Shown here in pieces: positions 1-9,044 of a stretch of DNA of 64,000 nt. Each line of letters opens with the position of its first letter. Position 1 is the first letter of the stretch. The notes beneath the pieces are model-generated. The model did not search any database. It saw only the letters and a program-made list of their open reading frames with translations, and had not been told where the DNA came from. The position numbers were made by a program, and so were the translations under genes. This DNA comes from Planctomycetaceae bacterium (GTDB lineage: Bacteria; Planctomycetota; Planctomycetia; Pirellulales; UBA1268), in NCBI GenBank assembly GCA_947459185.1, contig CANHCU010000004.1, positions 1,673-65,672 of the forward strand, written 5' to 3'.

Positions 1-1188
1 GAACAGCGTGGTGCGTCGGCCGGGCCGGCCTGTGTGCTCTTTGCCAAGCTCGACGCCTTTGAGTCGATCGCCACCACGATGAATTTCCAACAGGTAGACG
101 AGGTCTTCGATCGCGTGGCCTCGGCGATCACCCGTGTGTTTCCCTGGCCGGCGCAGCCCAGTCGACTGACCGGCGGAGCCTTCCTTTGCCTCATCACCGA
201 CACGACCGCAGAGCGGCTCAGGACGCGGGCCCAGCGACTGATCCAGTTGGTGAATCGCATCGGTGGCGAGGGGGTCTTCAACGAACTGCGGTTTGGCATG
301 TCGATCGGCATCGCCGATGTGATCGACGGAGATCACGACCTCGCGGTGCGGCTCGCGGAGACGGCCGTGCGCGAGGCCCGCGCTGCCGGCGGCAATCGCG
401 TCGTCATCGCCGGGCCGGACACACTGGTGCATCTCCGGGTTGGCGACCTTCAGTCCAACATAGACCTCGATACCTGGGAGCTCTGGCTGCAGCCCGTGGT
501 CCGTGGGATAGACGGCAAGCCGGAGTTTCACGAGGCCCTGGCGCGATTCGGCACCGCCCCGGAACCCAAAATCACCCGGCCCGATTTTTTCATCAGCGGC
601 CAGCTGACGGGACTCCTGGAACGCTTCGACCGGATCGTGATGCTGCGTTCTCTGGAACTGCTCACGGCCCATTCGCAGCTGCGGCTCTCGGTGAATGTGA
701 CCCGCGAGACCTTTGCGTCGGAGTCATTCCCAGAGGCGGCGATCGGCATGGTGCGAGACTCGCAGATCGATCCCAGTCGGATCATCATCGAGATTTCTCC
801 GGTCTGCCTGACGCTGCCTGAGGATCTCGTCAGACCGCGACTGCAGCATCTCGAAGATGCCAGCATCGCAGTCGCGCTCGACGACTTTGGCAGCGGCGTC
901 TGCTCCCTGCGGCATCTGACCGACTTCCCGATCGCTATGGTGAAGCTCGACGAACTCGTCACGAGTTACGTCGCCGACGATCCGCTGCAGCGGAATTTCG
1001 TCCGCATGGTCGTGAACCTCTGCCGCGCCCGCGGCATCCGCACGGTCGCCGAATGGACGCGGACGATCGAGCAGATGCAGCGGCTGGCCGAGGACGGCGT
1101 CGAACTTTTTCAAGGCGAGCTCCTCGGCATGCCCATGCCCCCGACGGAAGTCCTGCCACCACGTACGTCACCGCAGCCGAGGCCATGA
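1..1188 (+). CDS. c-di-GMP phosphodiesterase with degenerate GGDEF domain plus EAL domain (5' end lies outside window)
   Basis: Frame is open from nt 1 into ORF 34..1188. GGDEF-like region has a degenerate signature RLTGGAFLCL. EAL-domain motifs: HEALARF, SVNVT, IIIEISP, LDDFGSGVCSLRHL, MVKLD, FQGELLG. Confidence 0.85.
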   Translation, partial: EQRGASAGPACVLFAKLDAFESIATTMNFQQVDEVFDRVASAITRVFPWPAQPSRLTGGAFLCLITDTTAERLRTRAQRLIQLVNRIGGEGVFNELRFGMSIGIADVIDGDHDLAVRLAETAVREARAAGGNRVVIAGPDTLVHLRVGDLQSNIDLDTWELWLQPVVRGIDGKPEFHEALARFGTAPEPKITRPDFFISGQLTGLLERFDRIVMLRSLELLTAHSQLRLSVNVTRETFASESFPEAAIGMVRDSQIDPSRIIIEISPVCLTLPEDLVRPRLQHLEDASIAVALDDFGSGVCSLRHLTDFPIAMVKLDELVTSYVADDPLQRNFVRMVVNLCRARGIRTVAEWTRTIEQMQRLAEDGVELFQGELLGMPMPPTEVLPPRTSPQPRP

Positions 1189-4040
1189 GGACCGTGCAGC
1201 CTCACATGATCCTCAGACTGATCACCATCTTCTGTGTCGGCGTGCTGTCGCTCATCGGCGCGGCAGTGGAGGCGGCCACGCCCTTCGAACGTGGGTTACA
1301 GGCCGAAAGCGAACTACGCATCGATGAGGCCCGTGAGCTCTTTCGGGAGGCGCTCGTGGAGAATCCCGACACTCCGGGTGTGGCCGAACACACCGCCTGG
1401 TTTCTGTTTCTGAACGGGTTCCAAGACGAGGAGTGTCGCGATCTGTTGCGCCGGGCGGCGTCGACTGCGCAGGAACCCGCGGCGATGGAGCGAGCCGCCC
1501 GCTTCATCGAGCGCAAACTCGGCCAGCGGGGGCCACCCGATGCAGAGGAACAGGAAGCGACGAAGACCTTCCACGACCTGATGATCAAGCGGGCAGCCGA
1601 GGGCAGCGATGAGCAACGAGGCGGGGCTCTGGTCGATGCCGGCGACTTCGAGAAGGGCATTCCCCTCCTGCAAAAAGCGCAGGCCGCCGATCCGACGAAC
1701 GGCCCGATCTCGCTCCGTCTGGCACGGGCCCACGTCTGGGCCCAGCAGCTGCCGGAGGCGGATGCCACTTATGAGCAACTCATCAGGCAGTATCCCGAAA
1801 ACCCCACCCTGCTCCTTGAAGGCAGTCAGGTGGCCGCGGGCCGGGGAAATGTCGAGCGGGCCGAGACGCTCCTCGCCGCGGCCGAAAAGGTCCGGCCCGA
1901 AGACCCGCGGATCCTCCGCGATCGGGTAGGCCTGGAGGCAAAGCGAGCTGAGCTGGCCGCAGCCGCCAAGCAGAAGCCGGCTGCGGCAGCGCCAGAAAAA
2001 ATGGCCGCTGCGCCACCTGAAAAAATGGCAGAGAAACTGCCGGATGTCCCGCCGGAGAAACCGGCCGCAGCCCAGCCTGAAGAACTCCCTGCCCCCAAGC
2101 CGTCACCGGCTGCAGACACCGCCTTTTCCCGGGGCGAGAAGGCCGAAAAGCAGCTGCAGATCTACGAGGCCCGCGATCTCTTCCGGCAGGCGCTTCGAGA
2201 AACCCCCGATGCACCGGGCGTCGCCGAGCACACCGCATGGTTTCTTTTCTTGAACGGATTCCACGACGAGGAATGCCTCAACGTGCTCCGGCGGGCGGCG
2301 CCAAAGTCGGAGCAGCCCGCCGCGATGGAGCGGGCAGCCCGTCACGTCGAGCGGGAACTCGGCCTATGGGGACCCGCCGACCAGCAGGAAAAGGCCGCCA
2401 AGCGGGCGTTCGACCAGAGTCAGATCGCCAAGGCTGCCAGCGGCACCGACGAGCAACTCGGCGGCGCCCTGGTCGATGCCGGCGAATTCGCGGAGGGCAT
2501 TCCGCGGTTGGAGAAGGCGCTGGCCGCCGATCCCACAAACGGTCCGCTGGAGCTGCGGCTGGCGCGAGCCTACGTCTGGGCGCAGCGGTCGGCAGAAGCA
2601 GACGCGGCGTATGGCCGGCTGCTGCAAAAGCATCCCCGCAACCCGGTGCTCCTTGTGGAACGCAGCCGGGTGGCGGCCGACCGCAACATGCTCCATCGCG
2701 CCCGCGGGATGCTGATCGCGGCGGAGCAGGCCCGCCCGCGCGACGCGCGAATCCTGCTCGAGCGGTCACGCGTGGAGGCGAGGCTCGTCAATCGGCGGGC
2801 GGCCCTCGATGCCGTGGACAGAATGCTTCCCCGGGATCAGGCCTCAACGCTGGCCATTCTGGCCAGGGCGCGGGCGGAGCATTACAGGGGCCAGTTTGGC
2901 CCAGCACGCGACGCCTATATCTGCGTGCTGAATTCAGCCCCCTACCTCGAGGAGGCGGCCCACGGTCTGTCGGAGTGCCGCATGCGGCGTGGTGAACTCG
3001 GCAGTAGCGACGCCCTGCTCGGCACGTGGATGCCCATGGAGCGGAGCCTCGACTGGACGTCGCGGACCGACCTCTTCGCGGAGTTGACCGACCCTGGCAT
3101 CGGCGCCGACTATGCCACCTACTCGAATTCGCTCGGCTACTTCGAGCACGACTTCGGCCTCGATGGCTATTGGCATCCCACGCCGGAGACGGAAGTCCGG
3201 CCGTCGCTCGTGAATTCCATCTTCACACAGTCCGGATTCTCGAGCATCGACCGGCAGGGAGCGCTCGTGGACGTGAATCACCGACCGGAGGACTGGGTGG
3301 CAACGCACGCCCGCCTCGGCGTGAATGGCTACACGAACAACTGGGTGAGTCCCGTCGGCGGATTATCCACGGAGTTCTTCCCGACCCACTGGCTCGACAT
3401 CGGCTTCGGCGCGGAATACTTCAACCTCATCGACTTCCAGCCTCCTTTCGGCATCGGCATCTACGACATCGTCACCACGATCGGCGGCGTGGGGAACAAG
3501 ATCTCGAGCACACAGGGTTTTCTGCAGCTGCGCGTCCGGCCCTGGGCGGGCTGGACGCTCTACGGTCGGTCGCGGGTGGCCTCCTTCTCCGACGGCAATC
3601 TGTTTCAGGACAATTACGCAGAGGCGAACTACGACTTCAGGCCCGGCGGCCCCATCCGCACCCGCGCGGGAGTCGCCTACTACTTCCTCGCGCTCGCCGA
3701 GGACGCGGAACTCTATCAGCAGGTGCCGGGCGGGCCGATCACGGCCGCCTACTATTCGCCCGCGGCCCTCGACGTCATTTCCTACAATCTCGAAATGTCT
3801 GGCAAGCCCCGGGAACGCATGGAAGTCGGCGGCGAGGGTCATCTCTACCAGATCCTTGAAAACAGCGGACTCGGTGTCGGCATCTTCCTGTTCGCCAAGC
3901 AGCAGCTGGAAAGCCCGTTGAGCGTGCTGCGGTTCGACGCCCGCTATTTCACTCAAAACCGTGGCCTCACCCGGCAGAGCAAATCGGCCGGGTCGTATGA
4001 CGCGCTCAACTTTGTGATCAGCTATGACCGCCGTTACTGA
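1185..4040 (+). CDS. Secreted TPR-repeat protein with C-terminal beta-barrel-like domain (BcsC/PgaA-like exopolysaccharide export candidate)
   Basis: ATG 1185 overlaps the upstream stop (ATGA). Signal-like N-terminus MRTVQPHMILRLITIFCVGVLSLIGAAVEA. Two duplicated TPR-like modules. The last ~350 aa are G/Y/N-rich with alternating hydrophobicity and end NFVISYDRRY (aromatic terminus as in OMP barrels). Lies directly upstream of a GT2 synthase. Confidence 0.6.
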   Translation: MRTVQPHMILRLITIFCVGVLSLIGAAVEAATPFERGLQAESELRIDEARELFREALVENPDTPGVAEHTAWFLFLNGFQDEECRDLLRRAASTAQEPAAMERAARFIERKLGQRGPPDAEEQEATKTFHDLMIKRAAEGSDEQRGGALVDAGDFEKGIPLLQKAQAADPTNGPISLRLARAHVWAQQLPEADATYEQLIRQYPENPTLLLEGSQVAAGRGNVERAETLLAAAEKVRPEDPRILRDRVGLEAKRAELAAAAKQKPAAAAPEKMAAAPPEKMAEKLPDVPPEKPAAAQPEELPAPKPSPAADTAFSRGEKAEKQLQIYEARDLFRQALRETPDAPGVAEHTAWFLFLNGFHDEECLNVLRRAAPKSEQPAAMERAARHVERELGLWGPADQQEKAAKRAFDQSQIAKAASGTDEQLGGALVDAGEFAEGIPRLEKALAADPTNGPLELRLARAYVWAQRSAEADAAYGRLLQKHPRNPVLLVERSRVAADRNMLHRARGMLIAAEQARPRDARILLERSRVEARLVNRRAALDAVDRMLPRDQASTLAILARARAEHYRGQFGPARDAYICVLNSAPYLEEAAHGLSECRMRRGELGSSDALLGTWMPMERSLDWTSRTDLFAELTDPGIGADYATYSNSLGYFEHDFGLDGYWHPTPETEVRPSLVNSIFTQSGFSSIDRQGALVDVNHRPEDWVATHARLGVNGYTNNWVSPVGGLSTEFFPTHWLDIGFGAEYFNLIDFQPPFGIGIYDIVTTIGGVGNKISSTQGFLQLRVRPWAGWTLYGRSRVASFSDGNLFQDNYAEANYDFRPGGPIRTRAGVAYYFLALAEDAELYQQVPGGPITAAYYSPAALDVISYNLEMSGKPRERMEVGGEGHLYQILENSGLGVGIFLFAKQQLESPLSVLRFDARYFTQNRGLTRQSKSAGSYDALNFVISYDRRY
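1281..2800 (+). repeat. Intragenic duplication of a ~225-aa TPR module (about 1281-1960 and 2121-2800, offset 840 nt)
   Basis: Aligned by eye: PFERGLQAESELRIDEARELFREALVENPDTPGVAEHTAWFLFLNGFQDEECRDLLRRAA versus AFSRGEKAEKQLQIYEARDLFRQALRETPDAPGVAEHTAWFLFLNGFHDEECLNVLRRAA, continuing through ...ADPTNGP..LRLARA.VWAQ.... Confidence 0.85.
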
Positions 4041-5541
4041 AGGTCGGGCCAGACGGTTTCACGACGCCGCGCTTCGCAGCGCCGGCCGCCGCAATCTGGC
4101 GATCTTCGTCATCGCGCTGGGCTCGGGTCTCGTCTACCTCAGCTGGCTCGCCACGATCATCAACTGGGCGCACCCCTGGGCGAGCGGTGCATTCATGCTT
4201 GCCGAGATCATCTGCGCCGTCAGCGTTTTCCTCTGGGGGGAGATGCTGATGAGCAAACGCGAGCATCCGTCGGAGGGGCTGCCCTGGCCTGGCGACCCGC
4301 CGCCGGTGGATGTGATCATTGCCGTCTGCCATGAGCCGATGGAGGTGTTCCGGCCCACCGTGGAGGCCGTCGCCAAGATCGACTACCCGCACTTCCGCGT
4401 CACGATCCTCGACGACGGGCAGTCACACGAGGCGCAGGAGTTAGCCGAGACATATGGGTTTGCCTACACCGCGAGGCAGCGGCGGCACTTCGCCAAGAGC
4501 GGCAACCTCAATCATGGGCTGGAGATCACGTCAGCGCCGTTTGTGATGACCCTGGATGCAGACCAGGTGCCACGGCCGGAGATCATTTCTCGGTTGATCG
4601 GCTTCTTTCAGGTGCCCCAGATCGGATTCGTGGCCAGCCGGCAGGAGTTTCACGTTCCGGCAGGCGATCCCTGGGGCAATCGCGATACGGTCTTCTACGA
4701 CGCCATGCAGCCCGGGAAAAACGACGCCAATGCCGCCATCTCCTGTGGCAGCGGCGTGGTCTATCGCCGGCAGGCCTTGGAAGACGTGGGCGGCTTTCCG
4801 ACATGGAGCATGGTGGAGGATCTCTATGTCTCGATGCTTCTGGAACAGCGGGGATGGCGGGGCGTCTATTACGACTATGCCCTCACGGAGGGAACCGCAC
4901 CGACCGACGTCTTCGCCCAGCAGCAGCAGCGGTGGCAGTGGGCAGTGGATGGCCTGCGGATCATGTTCTGGCAAGCCCCGCTGTTCGCCGCGGGGCTCGA
5001 CCTGCGACAGCGGCTCAACTATTTCCACTTCGGCTGGCACTACCTCATGTATGGCATTGCCTACCCGATCTTCTTTCTGACCCCCATCTGGAGCCTGTTC
5101 ACCGGCCGGTTCGTGATCACCGCGCCGATCTGGCTCTTCCTCTGCTACCGCATCCCGTATCTGGTCTGCATGCGGCTGATGACCTGGTTCATGACGGAAC
5201 GGTCTCACGATATGAAGGCATTCCAGATGCAGGTAGGGCTCTGGCCCGTGTATCTCTCAGCCATCGGCACGGCGCTGACCCACCCCTTCACGCGGCCGGA
5301 CTACCGGGTCACCCCGAAGGTCGTACGGAGCACGACTTTTCTCCGTCGGGCAATGGCCATCTGGCCTCACCTCGCAATCATCGCTGCCTCCGTGGCCGCG
5401 GTTGCATATGGAATCCACTATCAGGTTGCCCCTCCAACCTACCTCGCGGTGCTGACGTTCTGGTGCGCGTGGTCGATCGTAGCGCTGTCTCGCTACACGG
5501 TGGTCGCACTCTTTTCGGATCGGTTCCTGCAAAAAAGGTGA
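4024..5541 (+). CDS. Processive family-2 glycosyltransferase, membrane-embedded (cellulose/chitin/PNAG-synthase-like)
   Basis: N-terminal and C-terminal TM segments flank a catalytic core with ILDDGQS, LDADQVP (DxD), GSGVVYRRQAL, VEDLYVS (ED) and QQQRWQWAV (QxxRW). The start overlaps the upstream gene by 17 nt. Confidence 0.85.
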   Translation: MTAVTEGRARRFHDAALRSAGRRNLAIFVIALGSGLVYLSWLATIINWAHPWASGAFMLAEIICAVSVFLWGEMLMSKREHPSEGLPWPGDPPPVDVIIAVCHEPMEVFRPTVEAVAKIDYPHFRVTILDDGQSHEAQELAETYGFAYTARQRRHFAKSGNLNHGLEITSAPFVMTLDADQVPRPEIISRLIGFFQVPQIGFVASRQEFHVPAGDPWGNRDTVFYDAMQPGKNDANAAISCGSGVVYRRQALEDVGGFPTWSMVEDLYVSMLLEQRGWRGVYYDYALTEGTAPTDVFAQQQQRWQWAVDGLRIMFWQAPLFAAGLDLRQRLNYFHFGWHYLMYGIAYPIFFLTPIWSLFTGRFVITAPIWLFLCYRIPYLVCMRLMTWFMTERSHDMKAFQMQVGLWPVYLSAIGTALTHPFTRPDYRVTPKVVRSTTFLRRAMAIWPHLAIIAASVAAVAYGIHYQVAPPTYLAVLTFWCAWSIVALSRYTVVALFSDRFLQKR

Positions 5542-5555
5542 CAGCCACCTTTTTC
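5531..5555. terminator. Weak bidirectional hairpin between convergent GT2 and fmt genes
   Basis: aaaaaggtg-acagc-caccttttt. A/T runs on both sides, only 4 G:C pairs. Confidence 0.35.
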
Positions 5556-5556
5556 G

Positions 5557-6582
5557 TCAGCCGAACCGTGCGGTGCTGAAGAGGGCGTGGCCCCGCAGGA
5601 ACTCGGCGGCCGACATGCTCCGCTTCCCTTCGGGAACGAGCCGCCGGACAACGAGCCGCGTGTGCTCACCGCAGGCCACGACGAGTCCGGCGTCGTCCGC
5701 GGAGAGGATCGAGCCCGGAATAACGGCTGGAACAACGGTCAGATCAGCGGCGTGACCAGCCGGCGACTCATCGACAACCGCCACGTCCTCGAGCACCACT
5801 CGCACTGGCGGCCGGTCGGCCCCGGCGTGAAGAAAGGTCGTGGTCCGTGGCCAGGGCTCGAGCGCCCGCCGCATCCGCTCAATGCGGGCTGCCGGCAGAG
5901 ACCAGTCCACGATCCCATCGGCCTTCGCGAGCCGCGGCGCGCGGGTGACACGGGCGGGATCCTGCGGAACGCCCGGCGTGCCGCCAGGCTCGGCGGCGAC
6001 AAGCAGGTCGATCGCTTCGAGCACGGCGTCCACGCCCATCTCGGCGAGCCGGCGTTCGAGTTCGGCTGCCGTTTCAGCGATACCGATCGGCGTTTCCCGC
6101 ACCGCGATCACGTTGCCGGCGTCGAGCGCCGGAGTCATGTGGATCACGCTTGCGCCAGTCGAGGCATCCCCTTCGAGAATCGCCCACTGGACCGGCGCCG
6201 CGCCCCGATGCCTGGGCAGAAGCGAGCCGTGCAGATTGATGCCGCCGTAGGGGGCGACGCCCAGCGCCGCGGGCGAAAGGATCTGGCCATAGTCGCAGAC
6301 CACGAGCAGGTCGGGGCTCAGGGCCGCGACCGCCGCGATCGCCTCGGGATCATTGATCCGCTCCGGGGCGAGGATCGGCACGCCGGCGGCATCCGCCGCG
6401 TCGCGCATCGGATTGGGAGGCGGCCTCCGTCCGGACGGCGCATGGGCGGGCCGCGTGACGACGGCGGCGACCTTGTGCGGCGATCGCAGGATCGCCTGGA
6501 AAGTTGGCACGGCGAACGGCCCCGTGCCCATCACCACGATCTTCAGGGCTCGCTTCGCTGAACTCAAGGTGGACGGACTCAT
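5557..6582 (-). CDS. fmt: Methionyl-tRNA formyltransferase
   Basis: LKIVVMGTGPFAVP, INLHGSLLPRHRGAAPVQWAILEG. ATGA overlap with def stop at 6579-6582. Confidence 0.95.
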   Translation of the reverse strand: MSPSTLSSAKRALKIVVMGTGPFAVPTFQAILRSPHKVAAVVTRPAHAPSGRRPPPNPMRDAADAAGVPILAPERINDPEAIAAVAALSPDLLVVCDYGQILSPAALGVAPYGGINLHGSLLPRHRGAAPVQWAILEGDASTGASVIHMTPALDAGNVIAVRETPIGIAETAAELERRLAEMGVDAVLEAIDLLVAAEPGGTPGVPQDPARVTRAPRLAKADGIVDWSLPAARIERMRRALEPWPRTTTFLHAGADRPPVRVVLEDVAVVDESPAGHAADLTVVPAVIPGSILSADDAGLVVACGEHTRLVVRRLVPEGKRSMSAAEFLRGHALFSTARFG

Positions 6583-7205
6583 GCTTTGCAGCGATCTGCT
6601 TCGAGCCGGTCGAGACGGGAGACGATCTCGTCATGGCCAGGCAATTCACCCCGTGACACCTGCCCCGTGAACACCTCGCGGAACGTCTCCAGCGCCCGCC
6701 TCGCCTCGATCGCCGCCACCTCCGGCAGACGGTCGGTAAACAGTTTGCCATCGAGGTGGTCGAACTCGTGCTGCACCACACGGGAGAGCAGTCCGTCGAG
6801 ATCAAGCCGGATCGGCTCGCCTTCGAGCGACCAGGCTTCGACGACAATTTTCTCCGGGCGTCGCACGTCCATCCGCAGGCCGGGCAGGCTCAGGCAGCCC
6901 TCCTCCTGCACCGCGGTGCCGCGGGGACGGCTGAGCGATGGGTTGATAAACACCAGTTCCTCTCCGTGGCCCCGACGACCCGTCGTGTTGACGATGAAGA
7001 TGCGGTAGGGCAGCGCGACCTGGTTGGCAGCGAGGCCGATCCCCTCGGCCTCATACATGATGTCGAACATCTGCTCGACGGCATCGCAGACAGCTTCATC
7101 GATCCGCACGAGCGGCTTCGCGGGACGCAGGAGCGCCGGATGGGGGTATTCGACGAGCGAGAGCGGGCCGATCGTACCTGCCGAAACCTGGGAACTGTCT
7201 GCCAT
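6579..7205 (-). CDS. def: Peptide deformylase
   Basis: Three canonical motifs: GIGLAANQV, EGCLSLPG, QHEFDHLDG. Confidence 0.95.
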   Translation of the reverse strand: MADSSQVSAGTIGPLSLVEYPHPALLRPAKPLVRIDEAVCDAVEQMFDIMYEAEGIGLAANQVALPYRIFIVNTTGRRGHGEELVFINPSLSRPRGTAVQEEGCLSLPGLRMDVRRPEKIVVEAWSLEGEPIRLDLDGLLSRVVQHEFDHLDGKLFTDRLPEVAAIEARRALETFREVFTGQVSRGELPGHDEIVSRLDRLEADRCKA

Positions 7206-7292
7206 GGGCCTGTGCGGGGAAGAAGGTGCGATGGAGGGAAGGGTGATATCGCTGCGTAGCTGCAGTCGGTTTCCCCAGCATCATACGCCGCC

Positions 7293-7832
7293 GTGCTACA
7301 TTTCGCAGGTATGCTCCCCGCCACGCCAGCCCCGACGACGTCCACCCCTGCCGCCCCACGGTGGTTCGATCCCGCAGCGCTGCTCGCCACCTGCGGCGGA
7401 CTGGGCCGGATCGGCTTCGCCCCGGGCACGTTTGGCGCGGCGGCGGGCACGCTTGTCGCACTGGCCCTTACGCGGCTGGCCCTGCCTCCCCTCATCGAGG
7501 CCGGCCTGCTCGTGGCCATCAACCTGATCGGCATCCCGATCTGCACACGGGCAACGCGAGCGCTCGGACGGGGCAAGGATCCTGGGGCGATCATCTATGA
7601 CGAGGCCGCGAGCGTGCCGCTGGCGGCCCTGGTCGTGCCTGCCGCCAGTCGATCGCCGACGGTGCTGGTGGCCCTCTTCGTGCTGCACCGGCTCTTCGAC
7701 ATCACGAAACCGTTCCCCTGTCGCCGACTCGAACACCTGCCCGCCGGGCTCGGTATCATGGCGGATGACTGGGGAGCGGCGGCCTATGTGGCCGTCTGCC
7801 TCGCCATCGGCCGCTGGCTGGGCTGGCTCTAG
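7293..7832 (+). CDS. pgpA: Phosphatidylglycerophosphatase A
   Basis: GRIGFAPGTFGAAAG, IYDEAASVP, LHRLFDITKPFP, GIMADDWGAAAY. The exact start is uncertain (7293 or 7311). Confidence 0.85.
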   Translation: MLHFAGMLPATPAPTTSTPAAPRWFDPAALLATCGGLGRIGFAPGTFGAAAGTLVALALTRLALPPLIEAGLLVAINLIGIPICTRATRALGRGKDPGAIIYDEAASVPLAALVVPAASRSPTVLVALFVLHRLFDITKPFPCRRLEHLPAGLGIMADDWGAAAYVAVCLAIGRWLGWL

Positions 7833-7872
7833 AGCGGCCTCACCGCACCCGCGCCTCCCGCCGCCCGACACC

Positions 7873-8514
7873 ATGCGACTGCTGCTGCTCGACCACGGGA
7901 GTTGCGACCACGACCACACCCGCGTGCATCACCGCCGCGCGGACCTCGGCCGGCTCGGCATTGCCGCCGCCGTCTGCGGCCCCTCGTCGATCCCGCAGTT
8001 GGAGCAGCCGAACGACGGTATGTATGGCATTCACCTCCATGCGATCGCGGCAGCATCGCACCGTTTTCTCGCGGCGGTACGGGAGGGCTCGGCGGAGTCG
8101 CTGCTGAGTGTTGTGCCCTCGCTCTCACCGCGGCTGCTGGGGCTCGTCCGCGAGACGGCGCGGCAGCTGATCGCCGAGGCGGTGGACGCCACCGATCCCG
8201 ACGTGATCTTCGTGATGCACGCCGGACTCCTCGCCGATCTCGCGGCAGAGACCGGCGTGCCGGTGGTGGTACACGTCGCCCAGACCGACCTCACCGCCGC
8301 CGCGGCGAAGCCTTTGATGCGAACGCTCGTGGGCCGCGCGCTCGGCTCCTGCGAGACGGTGATCGCCGCCGACACCGCCGCGGCCGACATGCTCCGGGCT
8401 GGCTGGATCGAGCCCGACGACACCGAGCCACTCGACGTCTGGCCGCTTGGGCCGACATGCGCGGAACAGATCGCCTCCGCCTGCCGAACCGCCCTCACCC
8501 GCCGCCGCGGGTAA
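7873..8514 (+). CDS. Hypothetical protein resembling only the N-terminal Rossmann half of GT-B (GT4-like) glycosyltransferases
   Basis: Starts MRLLLLDHG. Has a PDVIFVMHAG...GVPVVVHVAQTD...CETVIAADTAAADML layout like a GT4 N-domain. The ORF stops just before a REP cluster, and there is no C-terminal EX7E domain. Confidence 0.4.
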   Translation: MRLLLLDHGSCDHDHTRVHHRRADLGRLGIAAAVCGPSSIPQLEQPNDGMYGIHLHAIAAASHRFLAAVREGSAESLLSVVPSLSPRLLGLVRETARQLIAEAVDATDPDVIFVMHAGLLADLAAETGVPVVVHVAQTDLTAAAAKPLMRTLVGRALGSCETVIAADTAAADMLRAGWIEPDDTEPLDVWPLGPTCAEQIASACRTALTRRRG

Positions 8515-8525
8515 ATCCCCTTCCT

Positions 8526-8595
8526 ATCCCGTCGCTTGCGCTCAGGGCTTCTATCCGCGCATACAAGCCCCCGGCGCAAGCCGGGGGGGGATGGG
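8526..8595. repeat. REP-like cluster: one family-A unit (reverse) + one family-B hairpin unit
   Basis: atcccgtcgcttgcgctcagggcttctat and atacaagcccccggcgcaagccggggggggatggg. Convergent gap. Confidence 0.8.
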
Positions 8596-8615
8596 CAGCC
8601 CCGAACCGCCGGCAG

Positions 8616-9044
8616 CTACGCTTTTGCCAGCAGCCGGTCGATCTCGCCAGAGTTGACCGCGTGGGCGAAGTCCTCGAAATCACGGTAGACCGCCCGGCTC
8701 GTCAACTGCACCACCCAGTTGTGTACCAGCGGCGTGATCGTGATCACGGTGCGGCCCTGCTGGTGGGCCTCCCACATCTCGATGGCCGTTCCCATCGACG
8801 CCTCGGGAACATAGGCCACCAGCAGGTCGAATTCGCGGCACATCTCGATGTGCCCCATGAACACCTCACCCGCCCGGCGTCGGTCGTACGCGATCGAATT
8901 GCCATGATTGGCGAATGGGTCGTAGACTTGCGAATTCGGCCAGTGCGACTGCACGAGGTCGCGAAGCGTGTCCCGATACACCTGATCGTGCACCAGTGCC
9001 GCCACGTGCGAGCCCTGCATGATCCCCGCGAGAAAAATCCGCAT
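8616..9044 (-). CDS. Nucleoside 2-deoxyribosyltransferase-like small protein
   Basis: MRIFLAGIMQGS start and FDLLVAYVPEASMGTAIEMWEAHQQGRTVITI, matching the (D/E)xGTxxE pattern of this fold. The long 5' extension of ORF 8616..9572 is antisense to the peptidase gene and was discarded. Confidence 0.5.
   Translation of the reverse strand: MRIFLAGIMQGSHVAALVHDQVYRDTLRDLVQSHWPNSQVYDPFANHGNSIAYDRRRAGEVFMGHIEMCREFDLLVAYVPEASMGTAIEMWEAHQQGRTVITITPLVHNWVVQLTSRAVYRDFEDFAHAVNSGEIDRLLAKA

Noticed and set aside
4900-5541. Possible PilZ c-di-GMP receptor domain at the C-terminus of the GT2 synthase.
   Set aside because: The C-terminal ~200 aa are hydrophobic TM segments. No RxxxR followed by a D/NxSxxG pattern is visible.
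9019-9042. ATG 9019 as the start of the M20 peptidase (as in the ORF track).
   Set aside because: It would overlap the first 26 nt of the divergent gene's coding sequence. ATG 9043 or a later GTG is more plausible, though the start remains unresolved.
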